Positions 18,085-28,696 of a DNA stretch of 64,000 nt are shown here, piece by piece. Within the stretch, counting starts at the first letter, position 1; each line of letters opens with the position of its first letter. A model generated the notes under the pieces. The model searched no databases. It saw only the letters and a program-made list of their open reading frames with translations, and was not told the origin of the DNA. The translations under genes and the position numbers were made by a program. Source of the stretch: an uncultured delta proteobacterium (GTDB taxonomy: Bacteria > Desulfobacterota > WTBG01); the NCBI GenBank assembly GCA_963793865.1, contig CAWCBP010000001.1, positions 224,001 to 288,000 on the forward strand. Direction: 5' to 3'.

Positions 18085-21000
18085 ATGGAGATAACGCGAC
18101 GAAACTTTCTCAGGTTTTCCGGTGCAACGGCCGGGTCCGTCCTTCTGCCGGCCGGGTTTGCGCGGGCATCGGGAAAGGTGCCGGCGTTTCCTCTGCACAA
18201 GCCGGTTAAAGAAGCGGCAACCATCTGCCCATATTGCTCATGCGGCTGCGGGTTGGTGATCGCTACGGGAACGGATGGGCACATTGTCAACTGCGAAGGC
18301 GACCCGGACAATCCCAATAACCGGGGGGCGCTCGATCCGAAGTCAATCTCAGTGCGGCAGCTCTCCCAGAGTGACCTGCGCCTGAAAAAGCCGCTCTACC
18401 GGGCTCCCGGCAGCGATACCTTTGAAGAAAAAAACTGGGAGTGGATGATTAATGAAATTTCCCAGCGCATCAAAACAACACGTGATCAGACGTTCCAAAA
18501 AATAAATGATAAGGGGGTTACCGTCAATCGAACGATGGGCATGGCATATCTTGGCGGGGCGGCAAATAATAACGAAGAATGTTACCTGGCATCAAAGCTC
18601 ATGCGTGCCCTCGGCCTTGTCTACCTTGAGCATCAGGCACGGATATGACACTCCGCCACGGTGGCCGGTCTGGCCGCTGGTTTAGGCAGGGGCGCGATGA
18701 CCAATCATTGGATTGATCTCAAAAACGCCGATGTCATAATGATGAACGGTTCCAATGCTGCTGAAAATCATCCGGCATCCATGACCTGGATTCAGAAAGC
18801 CAGGGATGAACGGGGCGCCAAGCTCATTGTGGTTGATCCGCGTTTCACCCGTTCCGCTTCCCAGGCAGACCTCTATGTGCGCATTCGCAGCGGTACCGAC
18901 ATCGCTTTTTTTGGCGGATTGATGAAATACATCATGGACAATGAGCTCTACCACAAGGAGTATGTCCTGTATTACACAAACGCCGCCACGCTGGTTGTGC
19001 CTGAGTTTAAGGGCCCGGCCGACCTGGATGGACTGTTCTCCGGTTTTGTGGATGACGACGGCGATGGCTTTGGAAAGTATGATCAGGCCACCTGGAAGTA
19101 TCAGGCCGATGCCGACGGCAAGCCGCTGCGCGATGAGACCTTGCAGGATCGCAACACCGTCTTCCAGCTTATGAAGCGTCATTATGAGCGCTACTCGCTC
19201 GAAACCGTGTCGGGAATTACCGGCTGTCCCGAAGATTCCCTTGAGGCCGCCTACAGGATGTTTGCTGCGAGCGGGGCCCCGGAAAAAACCGGCACCATTC
19301 TCTATGCCATGGGACAAACCCAGCACACGGTCGGATCGCAGAACGTGCGCTGCATGGCCATGATCCAGCTGCTGCTGGGAAACATGGGCAGGCCGGGCGG
19401 AGGCGTGAACGCGCTGCGCGGTGAATCAAATGTGCAGGGCTCTACCGACCAGGGCCTGCTTGCACACCTCGTCACCGGTTATTTAAAAATCCCCGGCGCG
19501 GGGGATCATCCGAATTTTGGCCGCCTACCTGGAAAAAGAAACCCCCAAGACAAGCTACTGGTCAAACAAACCAAAATTTTTCATCAGCATGCTCAAGGCA
19601 TGGTGGGGCGACCACGCCACCGCGGACAATGATTTCGCCTACGATTATCTGCCCAAGGTGGAAAGCCCGGCCCAGCACTACTGGATAAAGCTTTTTGAGG
19701 ACATGCATGCCGGTGCCATCGAAGGTCTGTGGATACATGGGGCAGAACCCCGCGGTGTGCGGGCCCAACTCCCGCCTGGAGCGCGAAGGCCTGAAAAAGC
19801 TCAAGTGGATGGTCATCCAGGAGCTCTTTGCCACCGAGACCTGCTCGATTCTGGCGGGCGCCGGGCGAAAATCCGGCGGAGATCAAACCGAGGTGTTCAT
19901 CCTGCCCGCGGCCGACGCCATGGAAAAGGAGGGCAGCATCGTCACCAGCGGCCGGCTCATTCAGTGGCGCCCCAAGGTCGCGGCGGCACCCGGCGAAGCG
20001 CTGCCCGACCATCAAGTTTTCAATCTGGTTGCCCTGAAACTGAAAGAGCTGTACGCGCTCTGATCCCGGCCCCTTTGCCGATCCCATCATTCATCTGAAC
20101 TGGGATTATGGCACGGAAGTTGACATTGAAAAAGTGGCGCGCGAGATCAACGGCTATGCGCTGGCTGACATAAAAGACCCCGACGGAAACACCCTGGCCA
20201 AAAAGGACGAACTCTTAAAAACCTTCGGCCACCTCCAGGCGGACGGCGGCACCGCCTGCGGCATCTGGATCTATCGCCGGCTATTATGCCCTGGCGGACG
20301 ACGGCACCGGCAGGATGATGCCTGCCTGCAAGCGCCGCGGGCCAGAAGGACCCGGGTGGTTTGGGCACGTATCCGTTCTGGGCATGTCTCCTGGCCGGTG
20401 AATCGACAGGATCATTTACAACCGCTGCTCGGCTGATCCGAGCGGCAGGCCGTGGACCGAAGAGAAGAAGCTCATCTGGTGGGATGAAACCCAGAAGAAG
20501 TGGACCGGCTATGATGTTCCCGACTTTCTGCCCACCAAGGCGCCCACCGACCCCGGCGGCACCGATCCGTTCATCATGCGGGTCGACGGCAAAGGCGGTC
20601 TTTTCGCCCCGCTCAATGAAGGGCCGTTTCCAGAACACTACGAACCGGTTGAAACGCCGGTGGACCGCAACCCCTTCTCCTCCCGCCTTCATAACCCGGT
20701 CATTAAGATCTGGAAGACCGGCGAGGGCAAAGAAATCGGCAACAACTGGGGCACGCCGGACAAGTTTCCTATTGTGGCAACAACCTATCGGGTGGTGGAG
20801 CACTGGCAGGCAGGCGGCATGTCGCGCTGGCTGGAATGGCTTGCCGAGTGCCAGCCCGAAATGTTCATCGAGATGAGCAGGGAACTGGCCGCAGAGAAGG
20901 GGATCAAGCAATGGCGACAGGGTCAAAATCAGCTCGGCCCGCGGTGAAATTGAAGGCCGTAGCCGTGGTGACTGCCCGATTCAAGCCCTTTATGATAAAC

Positions 21001-21157
21001 GGCAAACCGGTGCATCAGGTTGGCACTGCCCTGGCATTTCGGATGGGGGGGCATTGCTTCAGGGGCCACTGCCAATGATCTGACCCCCCATGTCGGTGAC
21101 GGGAATACCACCATCCCTGAATACAAAGCGTTTCTGGTCGACATCCAAAGAGCATAA
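18085..21157 (+). CDS. fdnG: Selenocysteine-containing formate dehydrogenase alpha subunit (FdnG type, Tat-exported); multiple indels 19500-21050
   Basis: Tat signal TRRNFL; CPYCSCGC 4Fe-4S motif; HQARI-U(TGA 18646)-HSAT; GAMTNHW, ALRGESNVQG, GPFPEHYEP, TTYRVVEHW, IPEYKAFLV* across shifting frames. Confidence 0.9.
18649..18679 (+). promoter_or_regulatory. Bacterial SECIS element
   Basis: UGA followed by 11 nt then GGUGGCC-GGUCU-GGCCGCU hairpin; same spacing and GGUCU loop as E. coli fdhF SECIS. Confidence 0.85.
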
Positions 21158-21171
21158 AGGAGACGTGAATC

Positions 21172-21976
21172 ATGACACGCATGGCAATGCTGATCGATGA
21201 ATCAAAATGCACGGCATGTCGCGGCTGCCAGGTGGCCTGCAAGCAATGGAATGATCTTGAAGGATGGTCATATTCGAAAACCGAAAACCGGGGGTCCTAT
21301 GAGAACCCTCCGCATCTGTCCCCCCAGACCTGGACGCGCATAAAATTCACCGAATACGAGGATGGGGACCGCTTTCGATGGCTGTTCCTCAAAGAGGGCT
21401 GCATGCACTGCGGCAATCCCCCCTGCGTTGCGGTATGTCCGACCGGGGCCTTGAAGCAGAAACCGGACGGCCGGGTAACCCTGGAACCAAACCTGTGCAA
21501 CGGCTGCGGCTATTGTTCACAGTTCTGCCCCTTCGGTGTTCCGCAGCTTGAGGTCTATGGACTTTTTTCAGGAGAGGCCAAGAGCTCCAAGTGCACCTTC
21601 TGCCAGGACCGCACCGACAACGGACTGCTTCCCGCCTGCGTAAAAACATGCCCCGCCGCTGCGCTGTCCTGGGGCGACCGGGACGAAATGATAGCCCGCG
21701 GAAAGAAACGGGTGGAAGCGCTCCAGGAAGGAGGTGCGGTCAGTGCTCAATTGTACGGGGAAAACCTGCTGGGAGGACTGGGCCGTCTGTATGTGCTCCT
21801 CGAAAAACCCGAGGCGTACGGTCTGCCCGCCGACCCCGAGTATCCCGGCACTGACCACCCTCTGGCAGAACGGTGTCAGCCGTTTGGAAAAATCGTATTG
21901 GGTGCATCCATCATTGGCATAGCCGCTGCGATGGGTCATCATCCGCAGGAACATCAGAATGGAGGATGTGGAATGA
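21172..21976 (+). CDS. fdnH: Formate dehydrogenase beta (iron-sulfur) subunit with C-terminal membrane anchor; indels near 21845-21930
   Basis: CTACRGCQVACKQWN, CMHCGNPPCVAVCP, CNGCGYCSQFCP, CTFC...CVKTCP; natural end WVIIRRNIRMEDVE* (TGA 21974-21976) in a shifted frame. Confidence 0.85.
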
Positions 21977-22692
21977 ACGCACAGCCGAAAGAAACGGGTT
22001 ATTTCCAGATCCGCTGGATACCCAAATACACCTTTACCGAGCGCTTCCTGCACTGGGTTCATACCGCAAGCTTCATACCCTTGGTGGCGACCGGGCTGGT
22101 GCTGTATCTGCCTTCCCTGCAGCCGCTGGCGCAGGGGGATGCGGGAATATGGATGCGTCTGGTCCACCGCCTTGCGGCCGTGCTCTTTATTGCCGAGCCG
22201 GTGCTCTACGGCATCATTCAGCCACTGCGGCTGTGGCTCAACATTAAGGAGTTCGGCGTTGACCGGGACGACATGGGATGGATTAAAAACGCCTTTGGCT
22301 ATTATGTGCTGGGCAGGCATACCGACATGCCCCCCCAGGGCCGCTACAATACCGGGGAAAAAATGAACGGCATCGTAATGATCGTGAGCTGGGTGGTGTT
22401 CGTGGTAACCGGGCTTATCATGTGGTTCGGCAAGGGCATTGTGCCGGCGGAACTGTTCCGCTGGATGGTGGTGCTGCACGATCTGACCATGATCGCAGCC
22501 GTGGCCATGTTTTTGGTTCATTTATATCTGGCGGTGGCGCACCCCCTCATGTGGGCTGCGCTGGTGAGCATGCGCTTCGGTGTTACCTCGGCGGACTATG
22601 CTGCAGAACATCATGCCAAGTGGTTTTACGGGCCAAAACGGGCAAAAGAACTGTATGAAGCCAAAAAGAAGCTGGCTTCCGAACATTCCTGA
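21973..22692 (+). CDS. fdnI: Formate dehydrogenase gamma subunit (cytochrome b)
   Basis: RBS GGAGGA at 21961; ATGA overlap with fdnH stop; ERFLHW, HRLAA, QGRYNTGEK, LHD...VHLY, AEHHAKW. Confidence 0.85.
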   Translation: MNAQPKETGYFQIRWIPKYTFTERFLHWVHTASFIPLVATGLVLYLPSLQPLAQGDAGIWMRLVHRLAAVLFIAEPVLYGIIQPLRLWLNIKEFGVDRDDMGWIKNAFGYYVLGRHTDMPPQGRYNTGEKMNGIVMIVSWVVFVVTGLIMWFGKGIVPAELFRWMVVLHDLTMIAAVAMFLVHLYLAVAHPLMWAALVSMRFGVTSADYAAEHHAKWFYGPKRAKELYEAKKKLASEHS

Positions 22693-22726
22693 CCGCAGAT
22701 GAATACACGCACAGCTACTGCATTGC

Positions 22727-23590
22727 ATGCCGATGCCGGATCACTTGCACATCATTTCACCGGGCGGGCCTCCCATGTCTGAGGGTGCGTGCCATCAGCT
22801 GTTCCTGACATCCCTCAGAGAGGCCAAAGCCGGACATCCTGACCTGGCGGAACTCCTTGCCTTTTACGAGGAGCTTTTCCTCGCGCAGGATGCGTTCATG
22901 GCAGGGCTGGACATGCATCCTGACCGTGCCGTCCGGGAGCTGGATTCCCTGCGGTTGAGCGAAGGGATGCCGCAATTTACCTTTGAAGAATTACTGATCG
23001 ATGGGGAGGATTTTATGCGGCTGTCGAGACTGATGGCCGCACTCATCATCAAACATATGGCGCACGCTGCCGACCGGGAGGATCTCCCGGCGGGTGAAGC
23101 CTTGCTGCAAACCGCACAGGCCATTTTTGAGAGCAGAAACCCGTTTGTGACAGCGGACACACCAAAGGACCTGGCAGCGCTGGTTGCAGGGTTCTCCCTC
23201 GCACCATACCTGCATCGAGCCCGCAATGCGGTCATTTCCCGCATTTCCCGGGACGCATGGCAGCGTCCCTATTGCCCGGTTTGCGGGGGAAAACCATCCT
23301 TTGCCGCCCTCGAGCAGGCATCCGGCACCCGCATCCTGCTCTGCTCCCGGTGCAGCGCTGAATGGGCCTACGCGCGGTTTGGCTGCGCGTTCTGCGAAAG
23401 CAGCGCTGAACAGGTCTATTATCCGGGCGGGGACGGCCTCTACCGTCTCTACACCTGCGATGTGTGCAAGCGCTATCTGAAAACCATTGATTGTCGCCAG
23501 GCAGGGCGATCCGTGCATCTGCCCGTCGAGTGTATTGTGACCGTCCCCATGGATATAGCGGCGCAGGAAAAGGGCTACCGGCACTACTGA
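22727..23590 (+). CDS. fdhE: Formate dehydrogenase maturation protein FdhE
   Basis: CPVCG, CSRC...W...R..CAFC, CDVCKRYLKTID; position after fdnI; start may be 22775. Confidence 0.85.
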   Translation: MPMPDHLHIISPGGPPMSEGACHQLFLTSLREAKAGHPDLAELLAFYEELFLAQDAFMAGLDMHPDRAVRELDSLRLSEGMPQFTFEELLIDGEDFMRLSRLMAALIIKHMAHAADREDLPAGEALLQTAQAIFESRNPFVTADTPKDLAALVAGFSLAPYLHRARNAVISRISRDAWQRPYCPVCGGKPSFAALEQASGTRILLCSRCSAEWAYARFGCAFCESSAEQVYYPGGDGLYRLYTCDVCKRYLKTIDCRQAGRSVHLPVECIVTVPMDIAAQEKGYRHY

Positions 23591-23666
23591 AGGTAAGGCG
23601 GGGGCTTCGCCCCCCGGGGAGCGCGCTGCGGAACTGAGCCGAGACTGCAAAAAAGGAGCAACGCCC

Positions 23667-24041
23667 ATGAAAAAAATTCTGGTAGTCGATGACGATCGAG
23701 ATTTTATTAAAATCACCCGCATTATTCTGGAATCAGGCAACTACGAGGTGCTCACCGCCGGTAACGGGGAACAGGCACTGGAGGTGATGCGCCGGGACAA
23801 GCCCGATCTGGTCCTGCTTGACATTATGATGTCGTACATTCTGGACGGACTGGACGTGCGCCGGGAAATGGCAAAGGATGACCGGTTGCGTGACATTCCG
23901 GTGATCATGGCTACCTCGCTCACCGGCAAGCATGCGCGCAGCAGTCTTCCCTCAGATGAATATATCCCTGAGTCGGAATGGCTGCACAAGCCCATCGATC
24001 CCGATACCCTGCTGAAACTGGTCAACAGCAAGCTGGCCTAG
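23667..24041 (+). CDS. Single-domain response regulator (REC)
   Basis: ILVVDDD, LLDIMM, KP motif; RBS AAGGAG. Confidence 0.9.
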   Translation: MKKILVVDDDRDFIKITRIILESGNYEVLTAGNGEQALEVMRRDKPDLVLLDIMMSYILDGLDVRREMAKDDRLRDIPVIMATSLTGKHARSSLPSDEYIPESEWLHKPIDPDTLLKLVNSKLA

Positions 24042-24184
24042 AGATCCCCGCCTGCCGGAGCGGGATCGTCCCACCCTTAAGCGGATAATTATTTCACCAA
24101 CAGTGCTCTGAGCAACCGGGTTGTCATGCCGGTTCCGACGGCGCATGGCCCATGACCCGGCAAGCGAAGGAAAGGTGTTGACCT

Positions 24185-25324
24185 ATGCGGATTCTGGTGA
24201 TTGACGATGAATTCGGCATACGTGAAGGATGCCGCCGCGTTCTTACCGCCGCGGGCTTTGAGGTGGAAACGGCAGAGAACGGAGCGGCGGGCCTTCATAA
24301 GCTCCGGGAGGGACACTATGATCTGCTGCTGCTTGACGCCATGATGCCGGGCATGACCGGACTGGAAGTCCTGCAGCAGGCACGCGCCATTGCACCGGAG
24401 ATCATCTGCATTATGATTACCGGTTATGCGACCGTTGAGCTTGCGATCCAGGCCATCCGCAAAGGTGCCGATGATTTCATAGCCAAGCCCTTCAGTCCCG
24501 AGGAGCTGCTGCAGGTAATCAGCCGGGAGCTTGAGCGCCGCCGGCTGTTGAAGGAGGCGGAGCGCATCAAGGCCCTGGAGGAGGAGGCACAACAGCTGGC
24601 CAGGGCCAAGGCCGACCTGGAAAAGCTGCGCTCCATGGAAGGCCGTTTTATGCTTACCATGGTGCACATATTGCGGGCTCCCGTGGCGGTGCTGCAGAAT
24701 ACCATTCAGATTGTCCAGAAAGGTTTTGTTCCCCCCGAACAGCATCAGGAAGTGCTCACCAGGGCTGAGCAGCGCGCGGGTGAACTGCTTACCATACTGG
24801 ACGACGTTCACTTTCTGTCCTGCCTCAAAGAAGGCATCGGCGTCAAGTCCATGGAAAAGGTGTCCGTGGCGGATATGCTGGAGCAGGTGCTTGCCTCTCT
24901 GGAACCGGAGGCGCGCCTGCGGGATATTGCCGTTACCAGCACCTGCCCTGACCGTCCGCAGGTGAAGGCCAATCCGGAGCACATCAAGGCGCTGTGGCTG
25001 CAGCTTCTCACCAACGCCCTGCGCTACACGCCGCGGGGCGGCCGGGTGGGGATCACCGTTGAACCGGGCCGGGAGCGGAACAGCGTCTCCTGTACCGTAA
25101 CCGACAGCGGCATCGGTATGACTGATGAGGAAACGACCCGCATCTTTGAGGAATTTTACCGGAGCGAAGCGGCCAGGGCCATGCAGGAGACGGGCACCGG
25201 GCTGGGGATGTCCATCGTGCAGCAGGTCCTTGAATTGTACGGCGGCAGCATGGAGGTAGAGTCGGCGGTCGGACGGGGCAGTACCTTCCGCTTCACGCTT
25301 CCGGTAGTCGAATCACCACAATAG
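24185..25324 (+). CDS. Hybrid REC-histidine kinase
   Basis: REC (IDDE, LLDAMMP, AKPF); atypical H-box VHILRAP; NALRY, DSGIG, GTGLGM. Confidence 0.9.
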   Translation: MRILVIDDEFGIREGCRRVLTAAGFEVETAENGAAGLHKLREGHYDLLLLDAMMPGMTGLEVLQQARAIAPEIICIMITGYATVELAIQAIRKGADDFIAKPFSPEELLQVISRELERRRLLKEAERIKALEEEAQQLARAKADLEKLRSMEGRFMLTMVHILRAPVAVLQNTIQIVQKGFVPPEQHQEVLTRAEQRAGELLTILDDVHFLSCLKEGIGVKSMEKVSVADMLEQVLASLEPEARLRDIAVTSTCPDRPQVKANPEHIKALWLQLLTNALRYTPRGGRVGITVEPGRERNSVSCTVTDSGIGMTDEETTRIFEEFYRSEAARAMQETGTGLGMSIVQQVLELYGGSMEVESAVGRGSTFRFTLPVVESPQ

Positions 25325-25333
25325 GAAGGCATT

Positions 25334-27310
25334 ATGAAGTTTCGTCTTTCATCGCTGGTAAGCGGGAGGCTGCAATGGGTCCTGATTGCCTCATTTTCCC
25401 TGATTGCCGGTTTGACGGTCGCCCTCAACACCCTGGTTACCTCGCGGGGCATCAGATCATATCTTACCACCGCCGAATCCGGCCTGGTTGACCGTGATAT
25501 GCAACTGGCCAGGGCCTTCTATCAGCTCAAGCTTGATGAAATCGCCGCCATCAGCTACCGGCTTGCCCTTGATACCTGGGTCATCCAAAATCTTACCGAT
25601 GCCTCCCGGGCAAAGGCTGAAGCCGTTCGCATCATTGATCAGCAGATCACCAACAAGATCAGCGTGCTTGCGCTCGGAGGCACCCATCTCATTGCGATGC
25701 TGGATACCGCCGGTACCATTGTTGCGGGGCGCGTCCTTTCATCATCCGGGGAGCTCTCTCCGCTTATAACCGGGGGCAACTGGGCCGGATTGCCCATCGT
25801 GGCGGAGGTGCTCAGTTCCGGGAGGGTCCAGTCAGCCACCGAGATCATCCCATCAGAATTCCTGTCCCAGGTCGGGCTTGATACGCAGGCCTTTATACCG
25901 CTCAAAGAAACCCCGCTTGCCGCCCCGGAGCCCTTTAATCCCCAGGAGGGCAGAGCCGGTCTTGCGCTCACCGGTGTATATCCCGTGCACGATGCATCAG
26001 GGCTGATCGGCGCGGCTGTATCGGTGTACCTGTTCAATAACGACTTCACCCTGGTTGACCGCATCAAGGATGTTGCCGGCATTGATACGGTCACCATCTT
26101 CTTCGGCGACCTGCGCGTTGCCACCAACGTCATGACCGAGAAGGGCGAGCGGGCGGTGGGCACCCGGATTTCCATGCCCGTCCGCACGGTGGTACTTGAA
26201 CAGGGGCGTTCCTACGTCGGACGGGCTTACGTGGTGAATGAATGGTTTATAACCCGCTATGAGCCCCTGCGAAACCGGCGGGGAGAGGTTGTGGGAAGCA
26301 TCTATGTGGGCGCCCGCGAATCGGCTTTCCTGGAGCTGGTACGCAATTACAACCAGCGCGTGGCGCTCATCGCCCTCATCTGTATCGTGCTGGCCGGCAT
26401 TATCGCCGTGCCCGTCTCGCGGGTCATAACCCGCCCCATCGAGGCCCTGGTCAAGGCGACCAGAAAGCTTGCCCAGGGAGATATGTCCGTGCGGGTTACG
26501 ACGGAGGGGAAGGGAGAATTTGCCCTTCTGGGGAACTCCTTCAACAGCATGGTGGAAACATTGCGCGAAACGGAGCAGGAACTGCTCCAGAAAGAGAAGC
26601 TGGCCTCCATGGGGCAGCTTGCCTACGGCGTGGCACATGAAATCAACAACCCTCTGGGCACCATCCTGCTCTTTGCCGACCTGCTTTCCAAGGAACTTCC
26701 CGAGGGCGATCCCCGGAAAGATGATCTCAAAATGATCAGCAGCGAGGCCCTGCGCAGCAAGAAGATCGTATCCGATCTGCTCAATTTCGGCAGGCAGCAG
26801 GAGCTGCTCGCCCAGGACACCAACCTGCACGATCTGATTGATCAGGCCATAGGCGGCGTGAGCCATCAGGACAGCTTCAAACAGGTGACCATCACCCGCA
26901 ATTTCAGCAGCGATCCCCCGGTGATCCAGGCTGACCAGACGCAGCTCATGCAGGTATTTGTCAACCTCCTCAATAATGCCGCTGAATCCATGAGCGCAGG
27001 AGGCGCCATCACCATTGCCACCCGCCTGCTGGAAAACGGGTCCGTGGAAATAACGGTTGCCGATACCGGCTGCGGCATCCGGGAGGAGCATCTCGACAAG
27101 GTGTTCACCCCCTTTTTCACCACCCGGCCCATCGGCAAAGGGACCGGCCTGGGGCTGTCAATCGTATACGGCATCATCAAAATGCACCGGGGCCAGATTG
27201 CGGTAAAAAGCACCGTCGGGCAGGGGACAACATTTACCATCACGCTCCCCGTAAAGCAGCCGGGCGCGCATCGCTCCTCCCCGCCGGACCCGGGGAACAC
27301 CATCGCTTAA
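25334..27310 (+). CDS. Membrane sensor histidine kinase with Cache and HAMP domains
   Basis: Two TM segments; Cache motif VTIFFGDLRVATNV...ERAVGT...YVGRAYVV..WFITRYEP; HAMP; AHEINNPL; DTGCGI; GTGLGL. Confidence 0.9.
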   Translation: MKFRLSSLVSGRLQWVLIASFSLIAGLTVALNTLVTSRGIRSYLTTAESGLVDRDMQLARAFYQLKLDEIAAISYRLALDTWVIQNLTDASRAKAEAVRIIDQQITNKISVLALGGTHLIAMLDTAGTIVAGRVLSSSGELSPLITGGNWAGLPIVAEVLSSGRVQSATEIIPSEFLSQVGLDTQAFIPLKETPLAAPEPFNPQEGRAGLALTGVYPVHDASGLIGAAVSVYLFNNDFTLVDRIKDVAGIDTVTIFFGDLRVATNVMTEKGERAVGTRISMPVRTVVLEQGRSYVGRAYVVNEWFITRYEPLRNRRGEVVGSIYVGARESAFLELVRNYNQRVALIALICIVLAGIIAVPVSRVITRPIEALVKATRKLAQGDMSVRVTTEGKGEFALLGNSFNSMVETLRETEQELLQKEKLASMGQLAYGVAHEINNPLGTILLFADLLSKELPEGDPRKDDLKMISSEALRSKKIVSDLLNFGRQQELLAQDTNLHDLIDQAIGGVSHQDSFKQVTITRNFSSDPPVIQADQTQLMQVFVNLLNNAAESMSAGGAITIATRLLENGSVEITVADTGCGIREEHLDKVFTPFFTTRPIGKGTGLGLSIVYGIIKMHRGQIAVKSTVGQGTTFTITLPVKQPGAHRSSPPDPGNTIA

Positions 27311-27325
27311 GCCAGAGAGACAGGC

Positions 27326-28525
27326 ATGAGCGGTGCAACCATCCTCATCATCGATGATGAAGCGGGCATTCAGAAGGGGTGCCGGAGGGCGCTGGAGCCA
27401 CACGGCTACAGGGTGCTGTCGGCCTACACGCTGCAAGAGGGGGGGCAGCAACTTGAATCGGGAGAGGTTGATCTCATACTGCTTGACCTGGTGCTTCCGG
27501 ACGGGAGCGGATTCGACCTGCTGCGCAGCATTCTTACCGGAGACCCTGATGCGGTGGTGGTGGTCATCAGCGGCTACGCTACCGTGGAACACGCCGTGGA
27601 GGCCTTAAAGTCCGGGGCATATGATTTCATCGCCAAGCCCTTCACTGCGGATATGCTGCTCCTCACCGTAAAGCGGGGTCTGGAGAGAAAGGAACTTGCA
27701 CGCGAGACCAAGCGGCTTAAGGCCCTGGAGAAGGACGCGGCGGCAATGGTGGCGGTCGCCCGGGAGGAGCTTGAGCGTCTGGACAAGTTCAAGCAGTCTT
27801 TTTCCCTTACCACTGCCTTTACCCTGACGGTGGCGCATGAATTCAGGGCGCCCCTTACCGCCCTGCAGAGCTTTCTCAACCTGCTGTACAACGGCTATGT
27901 CTCTCCTGAAAAGCAGAAACGATTTATCGAGCAGGCCATCGAGCGCAGCCAGGGACTGCTGGATATGGTGGATGATCTGCTCAACCTGGCCACTGCCCGG
28001 GAAGAGATGTCTCCCCGGAACCGGGTGCTGATCTCTCTGGCGGAGCCAATGGAACAGGCGGGCATCCTGATGCAGGCGCGGGCTGAAGAGAAGGGCGTCA
28101 GCTTCAGCATGCAGTCGATACACCGTCCCGCGATCGAGGCCAATCCGGAGCAGATGCGCGAGGTCTGGACCAACCTCATCTCCAACGCTGTTAAATATAC
28201 AGCCGCGGGGGGGTCAGTGCGCGTTATCCTGGAAGAGCGCGAGGGCTGGGCGGTCGGAACGGTGGAAGATACCGGGATCGGAATCGGCCCTGATGAGCAG
28301 GAGAGGATCTTTATGGAATTTTATCGCTCTCCCCGGGCCAAGGAGATGGAAACACAGGGAACCGGTCTGGGGCTCGCCCTGGTAAAACGCATCATAGACG
28401 GTTACGGCGGAACCATCACGGTGGAATCAGCCCCTCACAAGGGAAGCCGTTTCCGTTTCAGAATACCGGTGGCAAACAGCTCTCAGACAGCCCCTGTCCG
28501 GCGGCCCGGCTCAGAGGTGATGTAA
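27326..28525 (+). CDS. Hybrid REC-histidine kinase
   Basis: REC; VAHEFRAP; NAVKY; DTGIG; GTGLGL. Confidence 0.9.
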   Translation: MSGATILIIDDEAGIQKGCRRALEPHGYRVLSAYTLQEGGQQLESGEVDLILLDLVLPDGSGFDLLRSILTGDPDAVVVVISGYATVEHAVEALKSGAYDFIAKPFTADMLLLTVKRGLERKELARETKRLKALEKDAAAMVAVAREELERLDKFKQSFSLTTAFTLTVAHEFRAPLTALQSFLNLLYNGYVSPEKQKRFIEQAIERSQGLLDMVDDLLNLATAREEMSPRNRVLISLAEPMEQAGILMQARAEEKGVSFSMQSIHRPAIEANPEQMREVWTNLISNAVKYTAAGGSVRVILEEREGWAVGTVEDTGIGIGPDEQERIFMEFYRSPRAKEMETQGTGLGLALVKRIIDGYGGTITVESAPHKGSRFRFRIPVANSSQTAPVRRPGSEVM

Positions 28526-28696
28526 CTTTTAAAGAGGTGCTGTTCAAGAGGTAGCGCATGCCACACGACTGAATGGGTTTTGTGCACCTGGTATCTTTAT
28601 CGTGTCAGGAGCAGAATAATGGAGAAAGGCAGAATTTTCCTGGATGTGAACTATGCAATCTCTGCACGAACGTCCCCTCTTTGTCTACGAATGTAG

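Noticed and set aside
18085..18648. Separate 187-aa FDH N-terminal gene
   Set aside because: The stop is the Sec UGA with a SECIS, and the frame continues
21172..22692. Apparent 506-aa FdnH-FdnI fusion in the ORF track
   Set aside because: A shifted frame gives a normal FdnH end (WVIIRRNIRMEDVE*) overlapping an RBS-preceded fdnI ATG at 21973; the fusion comes from an indel near 21930
25997..27091. Long antisense ORFs (also 3443-4243, 21568-22521, 46988-48085, 52071-53036, 62853-63770)
   Set aside because: Shadow frames of well-supported genes in GC-rich DNA, with no recognisable motifs
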